Numbered from the stretch's first letter, positions 29,277 to 39,689 are shown. The stretch: DNA of 64,000 bases from an uncultured Deinococcaceae bacterium (GCA_964252075.1 CAXULY010000019.1:1-64000); one strand, 5' to 3'. Numbers and translations: made by a program. The notes: generated by a model not told the origin, from the sequence alone.

Positions 29277-30769
29277 ACCGTCACCGCCTGAACGCCCGCG
29301 AGGGCCGCGAAGGCGCCGTGCAGCTGGCCGTACAGGGTCTGGTACACGCCGAGGAGGTGCTGGTACACCTCGCGCTCCGCGCGGCGCGGCTCGAACACCC
29401 GCTCGGGGTGCGCGCGGCGTTCCGCCGCCGCCGCGACATCCGGAATCAACCCCACACCGCCCGCGGCGAGCAGCGCATCCCCCACTGGGGCGCCCGCGCC
29501 GTCCGCAAACACCGCGACGCGCTGCCCGGTGACGTCCGCGAGCACCTGGCACCACAACCCACTGCGGGTCGGGCCGCCCACCGCGCGAAGTTCCAGCGCG
29601 CCGCCCGCCGCGCCGGTGAGCGCCAGGTTGTGCGCGATGCTGAACGCCGCGCCCTCCATCACCGCGCGAATGAGGTGGGGTCGGGTGTGGTTCAGGGTGA
29701 GGCCGACGAACGCGCCGCGCGCGTTCCCGTCGTTGATGGGCTGCAACTCGCCGGACAGGTACGGCAGGAACAGCAGGCCGTCCGCGCCGGGCGGCGCGTC
29801 CCCAGCGAGGGCCGCGAGGAGGGCGGGGTCGTGGACGTCCGGTGCGAGGGCGCGGCCCGCCCATTCCAGCGCGCCGCCCATCGCGACGGTGGACCCGCCG
29901 AGCAGCCACCGGTCGTGCAGCACGTGCCGGAAGGTGAGCAGTTGCGGCACCGTGCGCGGCGCGTCGCACACCACGTTCACGGTGCCGGCCGTGCCGAGGG
30001 ACAGCACCGCCTGCCCGGGCCGCACCGCGCCCACCGCCAGCGCGGCGGAAGAGGTGTCCTCCCCGCCCGCCACGACGGGCGTGCCGGCGGGCACGCCCCA
30101 CGCGGCCGCGGCGCGCGCGGTGAGCCCGCCCACCACTTCACCCGCCTCGGCGAGGGGCGGGTACAGGCGGCGCGGCAACCCGAACCCGGCGATGAGGTCG
30201 TCCGCCCAGCCGCCCTGGTGCAGGTCGTACGCGAACAGGATGCTGGCGTCCGACGCGTTCATCACGTGCACGCCCGTGAGGGCGTGCAGCACGTACCCGG
30301 TGGTGGTGAGGCTCACCACGGCCCGGTCGAGGACCTCCGGTTCGTGCTGCGCGAGCCACAGCAGGACCGGTTCGGCGTTGTACGGCCCGGGCGCCTTCCC
30401 GCCGCGCCACTCGATCGCCGGGCCGTGGCGGCGGCGCAGGTCCTCGGCCTGCCGGGTGCTGCGGCTGTCCATGCCGACGATGGCGGGCCGCAGCACCTCC
30501 CCGCCGGCGCCCAGCAGCGTCACCGCGCAGCCCTGCCCGCTCACGCCGATGCCCGCGACGCGCACCTTCCCGGCGTCCTGGAGGGCGCCGCGCACCGCGC
30601 GGCCGCAGGCGTCCCACCAGTCTTCGGGCGCCTGCTCCACCCAGCCCAGGCGGGGGTAGCGGGTGGGGTACGCGGCCTCCCGGGTGGCCAGGATCACGCC
30701 CTGTGGGGTCATCAGGGCGGCTTTGGCGCTGGAGGTGCCGACGTCCACGCCCAGAAGCACTTCCGTCAC
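29273..30769 (-). CDS. FGGY-family carbohydrate kinase (xylulokinase-like)
   Basis: LGVDVGTSSAK, WVEQAPEDWW, GVSGQ, AGGED, SLGTAG, LFLPYLSGE, RAVMEG; alternative start at 30781. Confidence 0.92.
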   Translation of the reverse strand: MTEVLLGVDVGTSSAKAALMTPQGVILATREAAYPTRYPRLGWVEQAPEDWWDACGRAVRGALQDAGKVRVAGIGVSGQGCAVTLLGAGGEVLRPAIVGMDSRSTRQAEDLRRRHGPAIEWRGGKAPGPYNAEPVLLWLAQHEPEVLDRAVVSLTTTGYVLHALTGVHVMNASDASILFAYDLHQGGWADDLIAGFGLPRRLYPPLAEAGEVVGGLTARAAAAWGVPAGTPVVAGGEDTSSAALAVGAVRPGQAVLSLGTAGTVNVVCDAPRTVPQLLTFRHVLHDRWLLGGSTVAMGGALEWAGRALAPDVHDPALLAALAGDAPPGADGLLFLPYLSGELQPINDGNARGAFVGLTLNHTRPHLIRAVMEGAAFSIAHNLALTGAAGGALELRAVGGPTRSGLWCQVLADVTGQRVAVFADGAGAPVGDALLAAGGVGLIPDVAAAAERRAHPERVFEPRRAEREVYQHLLGVYQTLYGQLHGAFAALAGVQAVTV

Positions 30770-30793
30770 AGCGCGGCCCACCTTCGCGTGCCC

Positions 30794-32977
30794 CTACGCA
30801 TGCGCTGCTCGGCCGGGCGCGTCGGCCAGCGCCTCGTACACCTCCGGGCCGAGCGCTTCCAGCGCGAGGATGCCTTCCAGGCCGCTCGCCGCCACCCACG
30901 GCAGCCAGTGGCGGTGCTGGCCGCGCCCGCGGGGCGGCGCGAAACTCCAGTGCTCCTGCTGCCAGCCCGGCCCGATGAGGTCGAAGGGGCGGTCGGGGAG
31001 GGCGACCATGGTTTTGGTGTTGTGCAGCAGCAGCCGCGCGACGTCCAGGTAGTGCGCGTCGTGCGTGAGCTGCCCCAGCCGCGCGTAGTTCGCGACGTCC
31101 CAGGCCATGTAGGCGTCGGTGAGGGAGTGGCCGGTGGCGATGAGTTGCGTGCCGACGGTGGTCACGCCCGGCTTCCAGTGCAGCGCCCGCTCGTCCTCGT
31201 CGGCGGGCATGGGGACGTTCCACAGGTAAATCCAGGTTTCCGCGAAGTCCGCGGCGTCTTTCGCGCGCGTCAGCCAGCGCGTGTCACCGGTGGCGTCGAA
31301 CAGCGCCAGGTGCGCTTCCAGCGTGAGGGTCGCGGCTTCCTTGTCCAGCACGTTGGCGTTGTCGAGGGTGCCGCCCGCGAAGTGCCCGCGGCTGCCGGCG
31401 AGCGCCCAGCACAGTTCCGCCGCGCGCAGCGCCGCGGCGCGGTACGCGCCGTCGCCGGTGGCGCGCGTGAGGTCCAGGAAGAACGGCACGATCGCAGAAC
31501 TGGAGCGCGGGTCGGCGTTCACCACCTCAGCGGTGCCGTCCCGCCAGGAGCGGGGGAAGCCGCCGTTCGGCTGTTCCTGCGTGAGGAGCCACCGCGCGAG
31601 GTCCACGCACCACGCCAGCCAGCGTGGGTGCTCGCGCTCCCGCGCGCGTTCCTGCTCGTGCGCGCGCAGCATCCACTTGCCGCCCTCCGCCAGGGCGCGC
31701 AGGTAAAAATCCGGGCGGACGCCGCTGGTGAGGGTGCCGTCCCGCAGGTTCACGCCCTCCCCGCGCGGCGGGGAGACCGGCAGGCGGGCGAAGGTGTCCA
31801 GCACCGCGGTGCCCGCGCGGCGGCGCCGTTCCGCGGCGTCCCCGGACTGGTCGCGGCTCTCCCGCAGCAGGAGTTCGCCCGTCTCGATGGCGCGGCCGGT
31901 GAAGCCCATCATGGCGATGTGGCTGTGCGCGCCGTGCGGGCCGCCCTCCACGACGTCCATCACGTGCAGGGGCGCGCTGCGGTCCTCGATGGTCACCAGG
32001 GACGCTTCCAGGGCGTCGGCGAGGACCGCGCGGACCACGCGGACGTCGTGCGGTTCCACCTGGGGGTTCAAAGTGTCCCACGCCCAGCGCCAGGTGGCGC
32101 GCCGGTAGTCCTGGTCGCGTTCACCGGCCGCGAAGCGCAGCGCGAGGACGTACCGCTGCTCGAACCCGTCGCGCAGCGGGTGGTACCGGCCCCGCCAGCG
32201 GCGAAGGGCGTTCTGCCCGAACTGCCCGTTCTCGAAGGGGGTGTCCGCCAGGTACGTGACTTCCCCCTCGGTGCCCGGGTGGTACAGGCCCACGCTCAGG
32301 TGCCCGCCCTGCTCCTCGCCGCCCAGCGCCGCGAAGGTGAAGCGGTCATCCACCAGGGGCGTGCCTTCCCGGTCCTGGCTGTCCGCGCGGGTGGTGTCGC
32401 CGCGCGGCTGGGGGTTCAGGACGCTGAGGGAAGCGCCGTCGCGCAGGGACACGCCGAACAGCGGTGCGGGCAGGCGGTCCTCGCGGATGCGCACGGCGCG
32501 CGCGCCCTCCAGGTAGTGCCGCACCCCCCCGATGGCCTGCGGGGCGACGGCTTCCGTCCAGCCGTACAGCATGCCGGGCGCGAAGCTGTCCACGTCCGGC
32601 CAGCCGCGCGGCTCCGCGAGGGTCAACGTGAAGGCCGTGAGGAAGCCACCGGGCGCGTCGCCCTGCACCTGAACGGTCCGCGCGAGGTGCAGGGCGCCCG
32701 CCTGCACACGCCACTCGTCTTTGGCGTGCAGCGTGACGCCGCCACCGACGTCCAGGTGGGCGTCACCCGTCCATCCGCCGTCCGTCACTTGGAGGTCCTG
32801 GTACGCCGCCTGGTGGGCGCGCACCCCTTCGGGCGTCCACACCTCCGCGCTCAGAGGGTGGGGTTGCGTGGCGGTGTGCCCCGCCCAGCGCACGTGGAGG
32901 CCCCAGCCGGAGGGACCGCGGGTGGCTCGGCAAGAGGCCGCGCCGACAGCGAGTTCAGCGTCGTGGGTGGTGGTCAT
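30794..32977 (-). CDS. Large uncharacterised protein, probable (alpha/alpha)-barrel glycoside hydrolase-like enzyme
   Basis: 727 aa; ARWLLTQEQPNGGF, DLTRATGDGAYRAAA, LFDATGDTRWL, THDAHYL repeats typical of six-hairpin folds; ATGA coupling. Confidence 0.65.
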   Translation of the reverse strand: MTTTHDAELAVGAASCRATRGPSGWGLHVRWAGHTATQPHPLSAEVWTPEGVRAHQAAYQDLQVTDGGWTGDAHLDVGGGVTLHAKDEWRVQAGALHLARTVQVQGDAPGGFLTAFTLTLAEPRGWPDVDSFAPGMLYGWTEAVAPQAIGGVRHYLEGARAVRIREDRLPAPLFGVSLRDGASLSVLNPQPRGDTTRADSQDREGTPLVDDRFTFAALGGEEQGGHLSVGLYHPGTEGEVTYLADTPFENGQFGQNALRRWRGRYHPLRDGFEQRYVLALRFAAGERDQDYRRATWRWAWDTLNPQVEPHDVRVVRAVLADALEASLVTIEDRSAPLHVMDVVEGGPHGAHSHIAMMGFTGRAIETGELLLRESRDQSGDAAERRRRAGTAVLDTFARLPVSPPRGEGVNLRDGTLTSGVRPDFYLRALAEGGKWMLRAHEQERAREREHPRWLAWCVDLARWLLTQEQPNGGFPRSWRDGTAEVVNADPRSSSAIVPFFLDLTRATGDGAYRAAALRAAELCWALAGSRGHFAGGTLDNANVLDKEAATLTLEAHLALFDATGDTRWLTRAKDAADFAETWIYLWNVPMPADEDERALHWKPGVTTVGTQLIATGHSLTDAYMAWDVANYARLGQLTHDAHYLDVARLLLHNTKTMVALPDRPFDLIGPGWQQEHWSFAPPRGRGQHRHWLPWVAASGLEGILALEALGPEVYEALADAPGRAAHA

Positions 32978-34140
32978 TGGGTCTCCTGGGCCGCGTGCGG
33001 CCCGGTCGGGGAAGGGACGGTCGTGCCGGGCGGGCGGCGCGGGGCGCCCTCGAGGTCCTCGGTGCTGGTGAGCGCGGTGAGTTCCAGGTCGTAGGCGCGC
33101 CCTTCCTGAGGGGCGAGGGTGATGAGTTCGCCGCGCGTGCGGGCGTCGTGCCGGCCCTCCACGCGGTTGGTGCTCGGCTCCAGCGCCACGACGTACTCCC
33201 CTTCCGCCAGTTGCTGCCACATGAAGGGGTGGGGGAGCTGGTCGGGGCGGTGGCGCACGCTCACCCCGATGTGCCGGCGGCGGTTCAGGATGCTGGCGGT
33301 GACCCAGCCGTCGGCGTCCGCTTCGGGGGTGTAGGCGTACACGCGCTCCACGGCGCCCCCGGTGGGCGCGGCCAGAGCGGGCCAGGCGTCCGGTGGCGCG
33401 TCCCCCACGGCGCGCACCACGCCGGGCAGGTGGACGGCGCTGCCCTCGTCCACCACCGGGAAGCCGAAGTTCATGTGGTACAGGAGCATGTGCGGGGTGG
33501 GGCGCCACCCGACGTTCGTGACGGTGTCGTGCAGGCGCAGGGTCTGCGCGCCGAGGCGCGTTTCGATGCGGCGGTGCAAGACGAGTTTCTCCCCGTACAT
33601 CGCGGCCTGCGTGACTTCCCCTTCAGCCCACAGGGTGCAGCCGTGATCGTCCCAGCGTTCGCCGTACCCGATGAGGCGCGCGGGCAGGTTCGAGACGCGG
33701 CCGTGCAGGCCGTACCTGACGGTGGGTTGCGGGGGGTAGGCGTAGGGCGCGGCGGTGTCCTCGGTGGGGAAGAGGGTGTGGTCCAGGCCGCCGGTGACGA
33801 GCAGCCCGCCCGCGAAGCCCCGCAGGAATCCAAGGCCGTCCGGTTCGGCGTACCACGGGCCGCGCACGCCCTGCGCGCCGTGCCAGCTCAGCGGCACGCC
33901 GCGCAGGTCCGCACGGCCCAGGTCGAAGGCGCGGTCCACCAGCACCTCGAAGGTGAAGCCGCTGCCCGTCCGGAACTCCAGGACGCGCACGCCGCGCGCG
34001 CCGCCATCGGCGAGGGTCACGAGGCGCACGCCCGCGAACTGTTCCAGGTGCCCGGCGCGGCGGCGCAACTCCGGCACGCTCAGGTCCGCCCCCCACCACG
34101 CACGGGCGGTCATTCCGGGCGGGTCAGGCGTGCCGGCCAT
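32974..34140 (-). CDS. Aldose 1-epimerase superfamily protein (DUF4432-like)
   Basis: TGSGFTFEVLVDRAFD, GFAGGLLVTGGL, LHGRVSNLPA, LYHMNFGFP, YVVALEP. Confidence 0.88.
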   Translation of the reverse strand: MAGTPDPPGMTARAWWGADLSVPELRRRAGHLEQFAGVRLVTLADGGARGVRVLEFRTGSGFTFEVLVDRAFDLGRADLRGVPLSWHGAQGVRGPWYAEPDGLGFLRGFAGGLLVTGGLDHTLFPTEDTAAPYAYPPQPTVRYGLHGRVSNLPARLIGYGERWDDHGCTLWAEGEVTQAAMYGEKLVLHRRIETRLGAQTLRLHDTVTNVGWRPTPHMLLYHMNFGFPVVDEGSAVHLPGVVRAVGDAPPDAWPALAAPTGGAVERVYAYTPEADADGWVTASILNRRRHIGVSVRHRPDQLPHPFMWQQLAEGEYVVALEPSTNRVEGRHDARTRGELITLAPQEGRAYDLELTALTSTEDLEGAPRRPPGTTVPSPTGPHAAQETQ

Positions 34141-34368
34141 CCAGAACTCCGCGAGGGGCCCCTGGGCATCCGGGTTGGCGCGTGCCGGGGCGCGGCGGGA
34201 AGGGTGAAGGTTGGTCTCGCTGGAACACGGGGGGCCTCCGAAATGGGCGCGGCGGACGCGAGGCTCGGCCGTGCGGATGCCGCGGGGCCAGGCGCGTGCC
34301 ACCGGTGGTGGGGGAGCGACCGTTGACGTAAGAAGAGCGCCCTTACCCTAACACCCTTGAAAAGCGGC

Positions 34369-34380
34369 AATCTTCCGGCA
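34369..34380 (-). promoter_or_regulatory. Candidate AraC-family binding site, enzyme operon promoter
   Basis: TGCCGGAAGATT, 18 nt before TAGGGT (-10); identical 12-mer at 35352. Confidence 0.6.
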
Positions 34381-34441
34381 CTCACCCTTGTTCTTTCCAG
34401 TATGCTCAGGTCCGATCAACCGTTGACCTTCAGGAGGACCG

Positions 34442-35326
34442 ATGCCCCGAACCGCTCACCCATCACCCCGCGGCGCCGTTTCGCACAAGCACCTTCCCCA
34501 TGAGGGAGAGGAGCGCTTCGGGCTGGACTGTTGGAGTGGCGTGCCGTACCTGATGCGCGCCGCCCACTGGCACGACGAAATCGAACTGAACCTCGTCGAG
34601 CGGGGCGCCATCACCTACCTGGCGGGCGGCAGCGTGACCACCGTGACCGCCGGGCAGCTCGCGGTGTTCTGGGGGGCCATGCCGCACCGGGTGGTGGAGA
34701 TGGATGGCGCCACCCGCCTGTCCTGGCTGACCTTGCCGCTGGCGTCCTTCCTGGCGTGGGAATTGCCGCCCTCCCTGCGCAGCCCCCTCTTGCACGGGCG
34801 GTTCGTCCGCACGAGTGGGCGGCGGGTCGGCGCGAACGCCGAGGGGTTCCGCCGCTGGGCGCGCGACCTGGCCGCGCCCGGCGGGGCGCGCGTGGTGCTG
34901 CTGGAAGTGGAAGCGCAGTTTCAGCGGTTGGCGCGCAGCCCGGTGGGCGTGTCGGCGCCCGCGGCGGTCACCGGGTTGGGCCACGCGGAGCGCATGTGCG
35001 CGTTCATCGCCGAGCATTACGCCCAACCCCTGAGCATCGCGCAGATCGCCGAGGCGATGAACCTCAACCCCAACTACGCGATGGGCGTGTTCCGCGCCGC
35101 GTTCGGCCGCACCCTGCTGAGTTACCTCACGCAGTATCGCGTGGCGCACGCCCAGCGCCTGCTCGTCACCACCGACATGGCGATTCTGGACATCGCCTCC
35201 GAGTGCGGGTTCGGGTCCCTCAGCCGCTTCTACGAAGCGTTTGCCGCGAGCTCCGGCTTGTCCCCGCGGGCCTTCCGGGTGCGCATGGCGGACCCGGTGC
35301 TCCGCGACGCGAGCGGCCACACCTGA
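34442..35326 (+). CDS. AraC-family transcriptional regulator (MelR-like)
   Basis: HWHDEIELN, FWGAMPH cupin; LNPNYAMGVF, ASECGFGSLSRFY HTH. Confidence 0.92.
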   Translation: MPRTAHPSPRGAVSHKHLPHEGEERFGLDCWSGVPYLMRAAHWHDEIELNLVERGAITYLAGGSVTTVTAGQLAVFWGAMPHRVVEMDGATRLSWLTLPLASFLAWELPPSLRSPLLHGRFVRTSGRRVGANAEGFRRWARDLAAPGGARVVLLEVEAQFQRLARSPVGVSAPAAVTGLGHAERMCAFIAEHYAQPLSIAQIAEAMNLNPNYAMGVFRAAFGRTLLSYLTQYRVAHAQRLLVTTDMAILDIASECGFGSLSRFYEAFAASSGLSPRAFRVRMADPVLRDASGHT

Positions 35327-35351
35327 GGATTCGGGAAAAAGCGTCTGTTCC

Positions 35352-35363
35352 TGCCGGAAGATT
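35352..35363 (+). promoter_or_regulatory. Candidate AraC-family binding site, ABC operon promoter
   Basis: TGCCGGAAGATT, 17 nt before TACGGT (-10). Confidence 0.6.
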
Positions 35364-35502
35364 CGGGCATCGCGGTGTGTTACGGTGTCCGCAACATCAC
35401 AGTTGTGCCGCCATCACGTCCGCGCCCTGATGGCGCGGTGACGCGATCCGATGATCACGTGCGCCGCGCGACGGTCGCCCACGCCTCACCCAGGAGGACC
35501 TT

Positions 35503-37488
35503 ATGAGCCGACCACTTCGCTCCCCGCTCGCCCTCGCGGCCTTGTCCGTGGCCCTGCTGCTCGGGCCGGCCACCGCCCAGCAGGACACCGCCGCGCCGGC
35601 CGCCAAAAAACCCAACTGGGGCTGGGCGACCGTCGCCCAGTATCAGGCCGCGACGGGGAAACGCCTCGCGGCCTTCAAGGAGTCGCCGTCGCTGGCCGCG
35701 CAGGTGAAGGCCGGGAAGCTTCCCCCGCTGGCGCAACGCCTGCCGGCCGAACCGCTGGTGGACAACCCTTTCGAGGCGGTCGGGCGGTTCGGGGGCTCCC
35801 TGACCCTCGCGCAGGTGTCCGACACCGTCGCGTACCCCGCGGCGAACTTCACGACCTTCGAACCGCTGTTCAGCCTCGCGCGCGACGGGCAGACCGTCGT
35901 GCCGAACATCGCCAAAGGTTACCGCTTCAGCAACGGGGACAAAACCCTCACCATCTCGTTGCGCAAGGGCATGAAGTGGAGTGACGGCGCGCCCTTCACC
36001 GCCGACGACATCACCTTCTACTGGAACGACGTGATCCTGAACCCCGAGCTGACGCCGAGCGTGCCCGCGCAGTTCGCGCCGGGCGGCACGCCCATGCAGG
36101 TCAAGAAGGTCGACGGTTACACGGTGCAGTTCACGTTCGCGGTGCCGTACGCCGCGATCCTCCCGAACCTCGCGGGCGTGGTGTTCCGCGGCTGCCAGGG
36201 GGACATCTTCGAAGCGGCGCACTACATGCGCCAGTTCCTGCCGAAATACAACAAGAACGTCGCCGCGGACGCGAAGAAGGCGGGCTTTCAGACGTGGGTG
36301 CAGCTGTTCAACGCGCGGCGTTACCAGTGGTTCCGCCTCACGCCGGGCGTCCCCACCGTCGGCCCGTGGATGGTCGCGCAGAAAACGCAGCAGGGGACCG
36401 TCTACACCCGCAACCCCTACTACTTCAAGGTCGACACCGCCGGCAATCAATTGCCCTACATCGACCGGGTGGTCGCCACCAACTTCACGGACACCAAGAC
36501 CCTCGCCGTGAAAATGACCGCCGGGGAGTACGACTACCAGGACTGGGGCACCTCCATCGATGATTACCCCGCCTTCGCGAGCGGCGCGCAGAAAGGCCAC
36601 TACAAAACCTTCCTCGCGCCCAGCCTGTGGACGTCCGTCGCGGCGTACTCGGTGAACCAGAACTTCACCGGCGACACAGCGACCGCCGCGGTGCTGCGCG
36701 ACGTGCGCTTCCGGCAGGCGCTGTCGCTGGCGCTGAACCGCAGCGAGATCAACGACGTGATCGCCCTCGGCAAAGGCCAGCCCTTCCAGGCGACCGTCAG
36801 CCCCAGCGCCAGCGTGTTCAAACCCGCGTGGGGCGGCGCGTACATCAAGTACGACGTGAACGCCGCGAACCAGCTGCTTGACGCCGTGGGCATGAGCAAG
36901 AAAGACGGCGAAGGGTACCGCCTGCGGCCGGACGGGAAACCCTTTACGCTGATCATCTCGAACGTCGCGGACGCCGTGCCCGCCAAGATGGCGGAGCTGG
37001 TGAGCGGGTACTGGCAGAAAGTCGGCATCCGCACGAACATCAAGGACACTGAACGCACCTTGATGCAGCAGCAGTTCACCTCCGGGGCGTACATGGTGTC
37101 GGGCTGGGCGGCCGACAGTTTCTCCGAGCAGTCCATCCTGGTGGGCGCCAACGGGTACCTCAGCGGGTACCAATGGGCGCCGCAGTGGCAGGCGTGGTTC
37201 AACAGCAAGGGCAAGCAGGGCCAGGAGCCACCGGCAAACGTCAAGAAGCTGTTCACCGTGTACGCGAACCTCCCCATCACCCCGCAGGCGCAGCAGAAAG
37301 CCGCGCTGACGGACCTCATGAACCTGTGGGGGCAGGGCCTGTACCGCATCGGCACGATCGGCCAGGTGCCCAAGCCGGGCATCGTGCGCACCACCCTCGG
37401 GAACGTCGATACGAACACCTACACCGACAACGCGGACGTCGGCATCGGCTTTTACAACCGCCAGTACCAGTTCTACTGGAAGCAGTGA
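35503..37488 (+). CDS. ABC transporter substrate-binding protein, peptide/nickel (family 5) type
   Basis: Signal peptide; GKLPPLAQRLP, LRKGMKWSDGAPFTADD, RNPYYFKVD..GNQLPYID. Confidence 0.93.
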   Translation: MSRPLRSPLALAALSVALLLGPATAQQDTAAPAAKKPNWGWATVAQYQAATGKRLAAFKESPSLAAQVKAGKLPPLAQRLPAEPLVDNPFEAVGRFGGSLTLAQVSDTVAYPAANFTTFEPLFSLARDGQTVVPNIAKGYRFSNGDKTLTISLRKGMKWSDGAPFTADDITFYWNDVILNPELTPSVPAQFAPGGTPMQVKKVDGYTVQFTFAVPYAAILPNLAGVVFRGCQGDIFEAAHYMRQFLPKYNKNVAADAKKAGFQTWVQLFNARRYQWFRLTPGVPTVGPWMVAQKTQQGTVYTRNPYYFKVDTAGNQLPYIDRVVATNFTDTKTLAVKMTAGEYDYQDWGTSIDDYPAFASGAQKGHYKTFLAPSLWTSVAAYSVNQNFTGDTATAAVLRDVRFRQALSLALNRSEINDVIALGKGQPFQATVSPSASVFKPAWGGAYIKYDVNAANQLLDAVGMSKKDGEGYRLRPDGKPFTLIISNVADAVPAKMAELVSGYWQKVGIRTNIKDTERTLMQQQFTSGAYMVSGWAADSFSEQSILVGANGYLSGYQWAPQWQAWFNSKGKQGQEPPANVKKLFTVYANLPITPQAQQKAALTDLMNLWGQGLYRIGTIGQVPKPGIVRTTLGNVDTNTYTDNADVGIGFYNRQYQFYWKQ

Positions 37489-37540
37489 GGGGGCGCCCCT
37501 TGAGCAACACACCCCCCGATGACCTCCGGGCGGACCGCGC

Positions 37541-38527
37541 GTGACGCGCTATCTGCTGCGGCGCCTCGCGTATGGCGTGCTGCTGCTGCTGGTCATCTCC
37601 GTCGTGGCGTTCGTCATCATCCAGCTGCCCCCCGGCGACTGGCTCACCAGTTACGTCGCGCAGCTCCGCACGCAGGGCGCGGACATCAACCAGAGCATCA
37701 TCGACGGTCTCAAACAGCAGTACGGCCTGGGGGAGCCCCTCACCGTGCAGTACCTCAAGTGGATGGCGGGCATCCTCCACGGCAACTTCGGGTTTTCGTT
37801 CTCCTACAACCAGCCCGTCACGCAACTGGTGCTGGAGCGCCTGCCCGTCACGCTGCTGATCTCCGGGATGGCGATCGTGGTGACGTACGCCCTGGCCATT
37901 CCGATCGGCATCGTGTCTGCCACCCGGCAGTACTCGGTGTGGGATTACCTCGCGACCTTCATCGGGTTCATCGGCCTGAGTGTGCCGAGCTTCCTGATCG
38001 CGCTGATCCTGATGTTCGCGGCGTACCGGTACTTCGGCCTCAGCGTCGGGGGCCTCACCTCCCCGCGGTACATCGGTGAGCCGCTCAGCTGGGCGAAGTT
38101 CTGGGACCTCGCCGCGCACCTGCCCCTGCCGATCCTGATCATCGCGCTGTCCGGCACCGCGCCCCTCATCCGCATTCTGCGCGGCTCACTGCTGGACGAA
38201 CTGGAGAAACCGTACGTGGACACCGCCCGCGCCAAGGGCCTCCAGGAACGCCAGGTGCTGCTGAAATACCCGGTGCGGGTGGCGCTCAACCCCATCGTCA
38301 GCACCGCAGGCTGGTTGATCCCGGCGGTCTTCTCAGGACAGGTGATCGTGTCCATCGTGATGGGCATCCCCGACATGGGCCCCCTCCTGTACAACGCCCT
38401 GCTGCGCCAGGACACCTACCTCGCGGGGAGTGTGGTGCTGATCCTCTCCGCGCTCACCATCCTGGGCACGCTCCTGTCCGATGTGCTCCTCGCCGCCCTC
38501 GACCCCCGCATTCGGCTGGAGAAATGA
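37541..38527 (+). CDS. ABC permease (OppB/DppB-like)
   Basis: YLLRRL, ERLPVT, YVDTARAKGL, LDPRIR. Confidence 0.93.
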   Translation: MTRYLLRRLAYGVLLLLVISVVAFVIIQLPPGDWLTSYVAQLRTQGADINQSIIDGLKQQYGLGEPLTVQYLKWMAGILHGNFGFSFSYNQPVTQLVLERLPVTLLISGMAIVVTYALAIPIGIVSATRQYSVWDYLATFIGFIGLSVPSFLIALILMFAAYRYFGLSVGGLTSPRYIGEPLSWAKFWDLAAHLPLPILIIALSGTAPLIRILRGSLLDELEKPYVDTARAKGLQERQVLLKYPVRVALNPIVSTAGWLIPAVFSGQVIVSIVMGIPDMGPLLYNALLRQDTYLAGSVVLILSALTILGTLLSDVLLAALDPRIRLEK

Positions 38528-38564
38528 TGCCCACGCCCCGTGAAGCCCCGAAGGCGGTGCCCGC

Positions 38565-39689
38565 ATGACCGGGCAGGTGATCCCGCCCGTGGAAGCGCCC
38601 CCCCTCACCCACGGGCAAGACGACGTCGCCTCCCAACGTGAACTCATCTGGCGCAAGTTCAGGCGTCACCGCCTGGCGATGATCAGCCTGGTGCTGCTGG
38701 CGGTGGTGTACCTGACCGCCCTGGTGTCCGATTTCGTGGCGCCGTACAACGTGAACACCAAGTTCACCCGCTTCCTGAACGCCCCGCCGCAAGCGGTGCG
38801 GCTGTTCGGACCTGGGGGGGCGGGACCGCATGTCACCGGGTACGCCCGCACCAACGACCCGATCACGCTGGCGTTCATCTTCAAGCCGGACCCCAGCAAG
38901 CGCGTGCCGCTCGCCTTCCTCGTGCATGGCGATCCGTACCGCCTGCTGGGCGTCATTCCCAGCGACGTGCACCTGTTCGGCGTGCCGGAAGGGCAGCAGG
39001 TGTTCCTGTTCGGCACGGACGCCCTGGGCCGGGACGTGTTCTCCCGCACCATCGGCGCCCTCAGGATCTCGTTGTTCGTGGGCCTGGTCGGCGTGGCCCT
39101 GTCGTTCATCCTGGGCGTGGTGCTGGGCGGCCTCAGCGGGTACTTCGGCGGGCTGACCGACCTGATCGTGCAGCGGGTGATCGAGTTTCTGCTGTCCATC
39201 CCGACCATCCCGTTGTGGCTCGCGCTGTCCGCGGCGCTGCCCCCCAACTGGTCATCGGTGTCGGTGTTCTTCGGCATCACCATCATCCTGTCCCTGATCG
39301 GCTGGAGCGGCATCGCGCGCGTCGTGCGCGGCAAGTTCTTGGAGCTGCGCGAGGAGAACTACGTGACCGCCGCCGTGCTGGCGGGCGCGACGCCGTGGTG
39401 GGTGATCACCCGGCACCTGATCCCCGCCTTCTCGTCGTACCTGATCGTGCAGGTCACCCTGCTGATCCCCAGCTTCATCCTGGGGGAGACGGCGCTGAGC
39501 TTCCTGGGCCTGGGCATCCAGGCGCCGGCGGTGAGCCTCGGCACGCTCCTCCAGGACGCGCAGAACATCCGCAGTGTGGCGCTGTACCCCTGGCTGCTCA
39601 TCCCCGCGGTGTTCGTGGTGCTGGTGGTGATGGCCTTCAACTTCGTAGGAGATGGACTTCGTGACGCAGCAGACCCTTACAAGCAGTGA
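38565..39689 (+). CDS. ABC permease (OppC/DppC-like)
   Basis: WRKFRRHRLA, FGTDALGRD, ETALSFLGLG, GDGLRDAADP. Confidence 0.93.
   Translation: MTGQVIPPVEAPPLTHGQDDVASQRELIWRKFRRHRLAMISLVLLAVVYLTALVSDFVAPYNVNTKFTRFLNAPPQAVRLFGPGGAGPHVTGYARTNDPITLAFIFKPDPSKRVPLAFLVHGDPYRLLGVIPSDVHLFGVPEGQQVFLFGTDALGRDVFSRTIGALRISLFVGLVGVALSFILGVVLGGLSGYFGGLTDLIVQRVIEFLLSIPTIPLWLALSAALPPNWSSVSVFFGITIILSLIGWSGIARVVRGKFLELREENYVTAAVLAGATPWWVITRHLIPAFSSYLIVQVTLLIPSFILGETALSFLGLGIQAPAVSLGTLLQDAQNIRSVALYPWLLIPAVFVVLVVMAFNFVGDGLRDAADPYKQ

Noticed and set aside
29015..33094. 1359-aa + strand ORF
   Set aside because: Antisense shadow of the kinase and barrel-protein genes; Arg/Gly/Ala-rich, non-protein-like composition.
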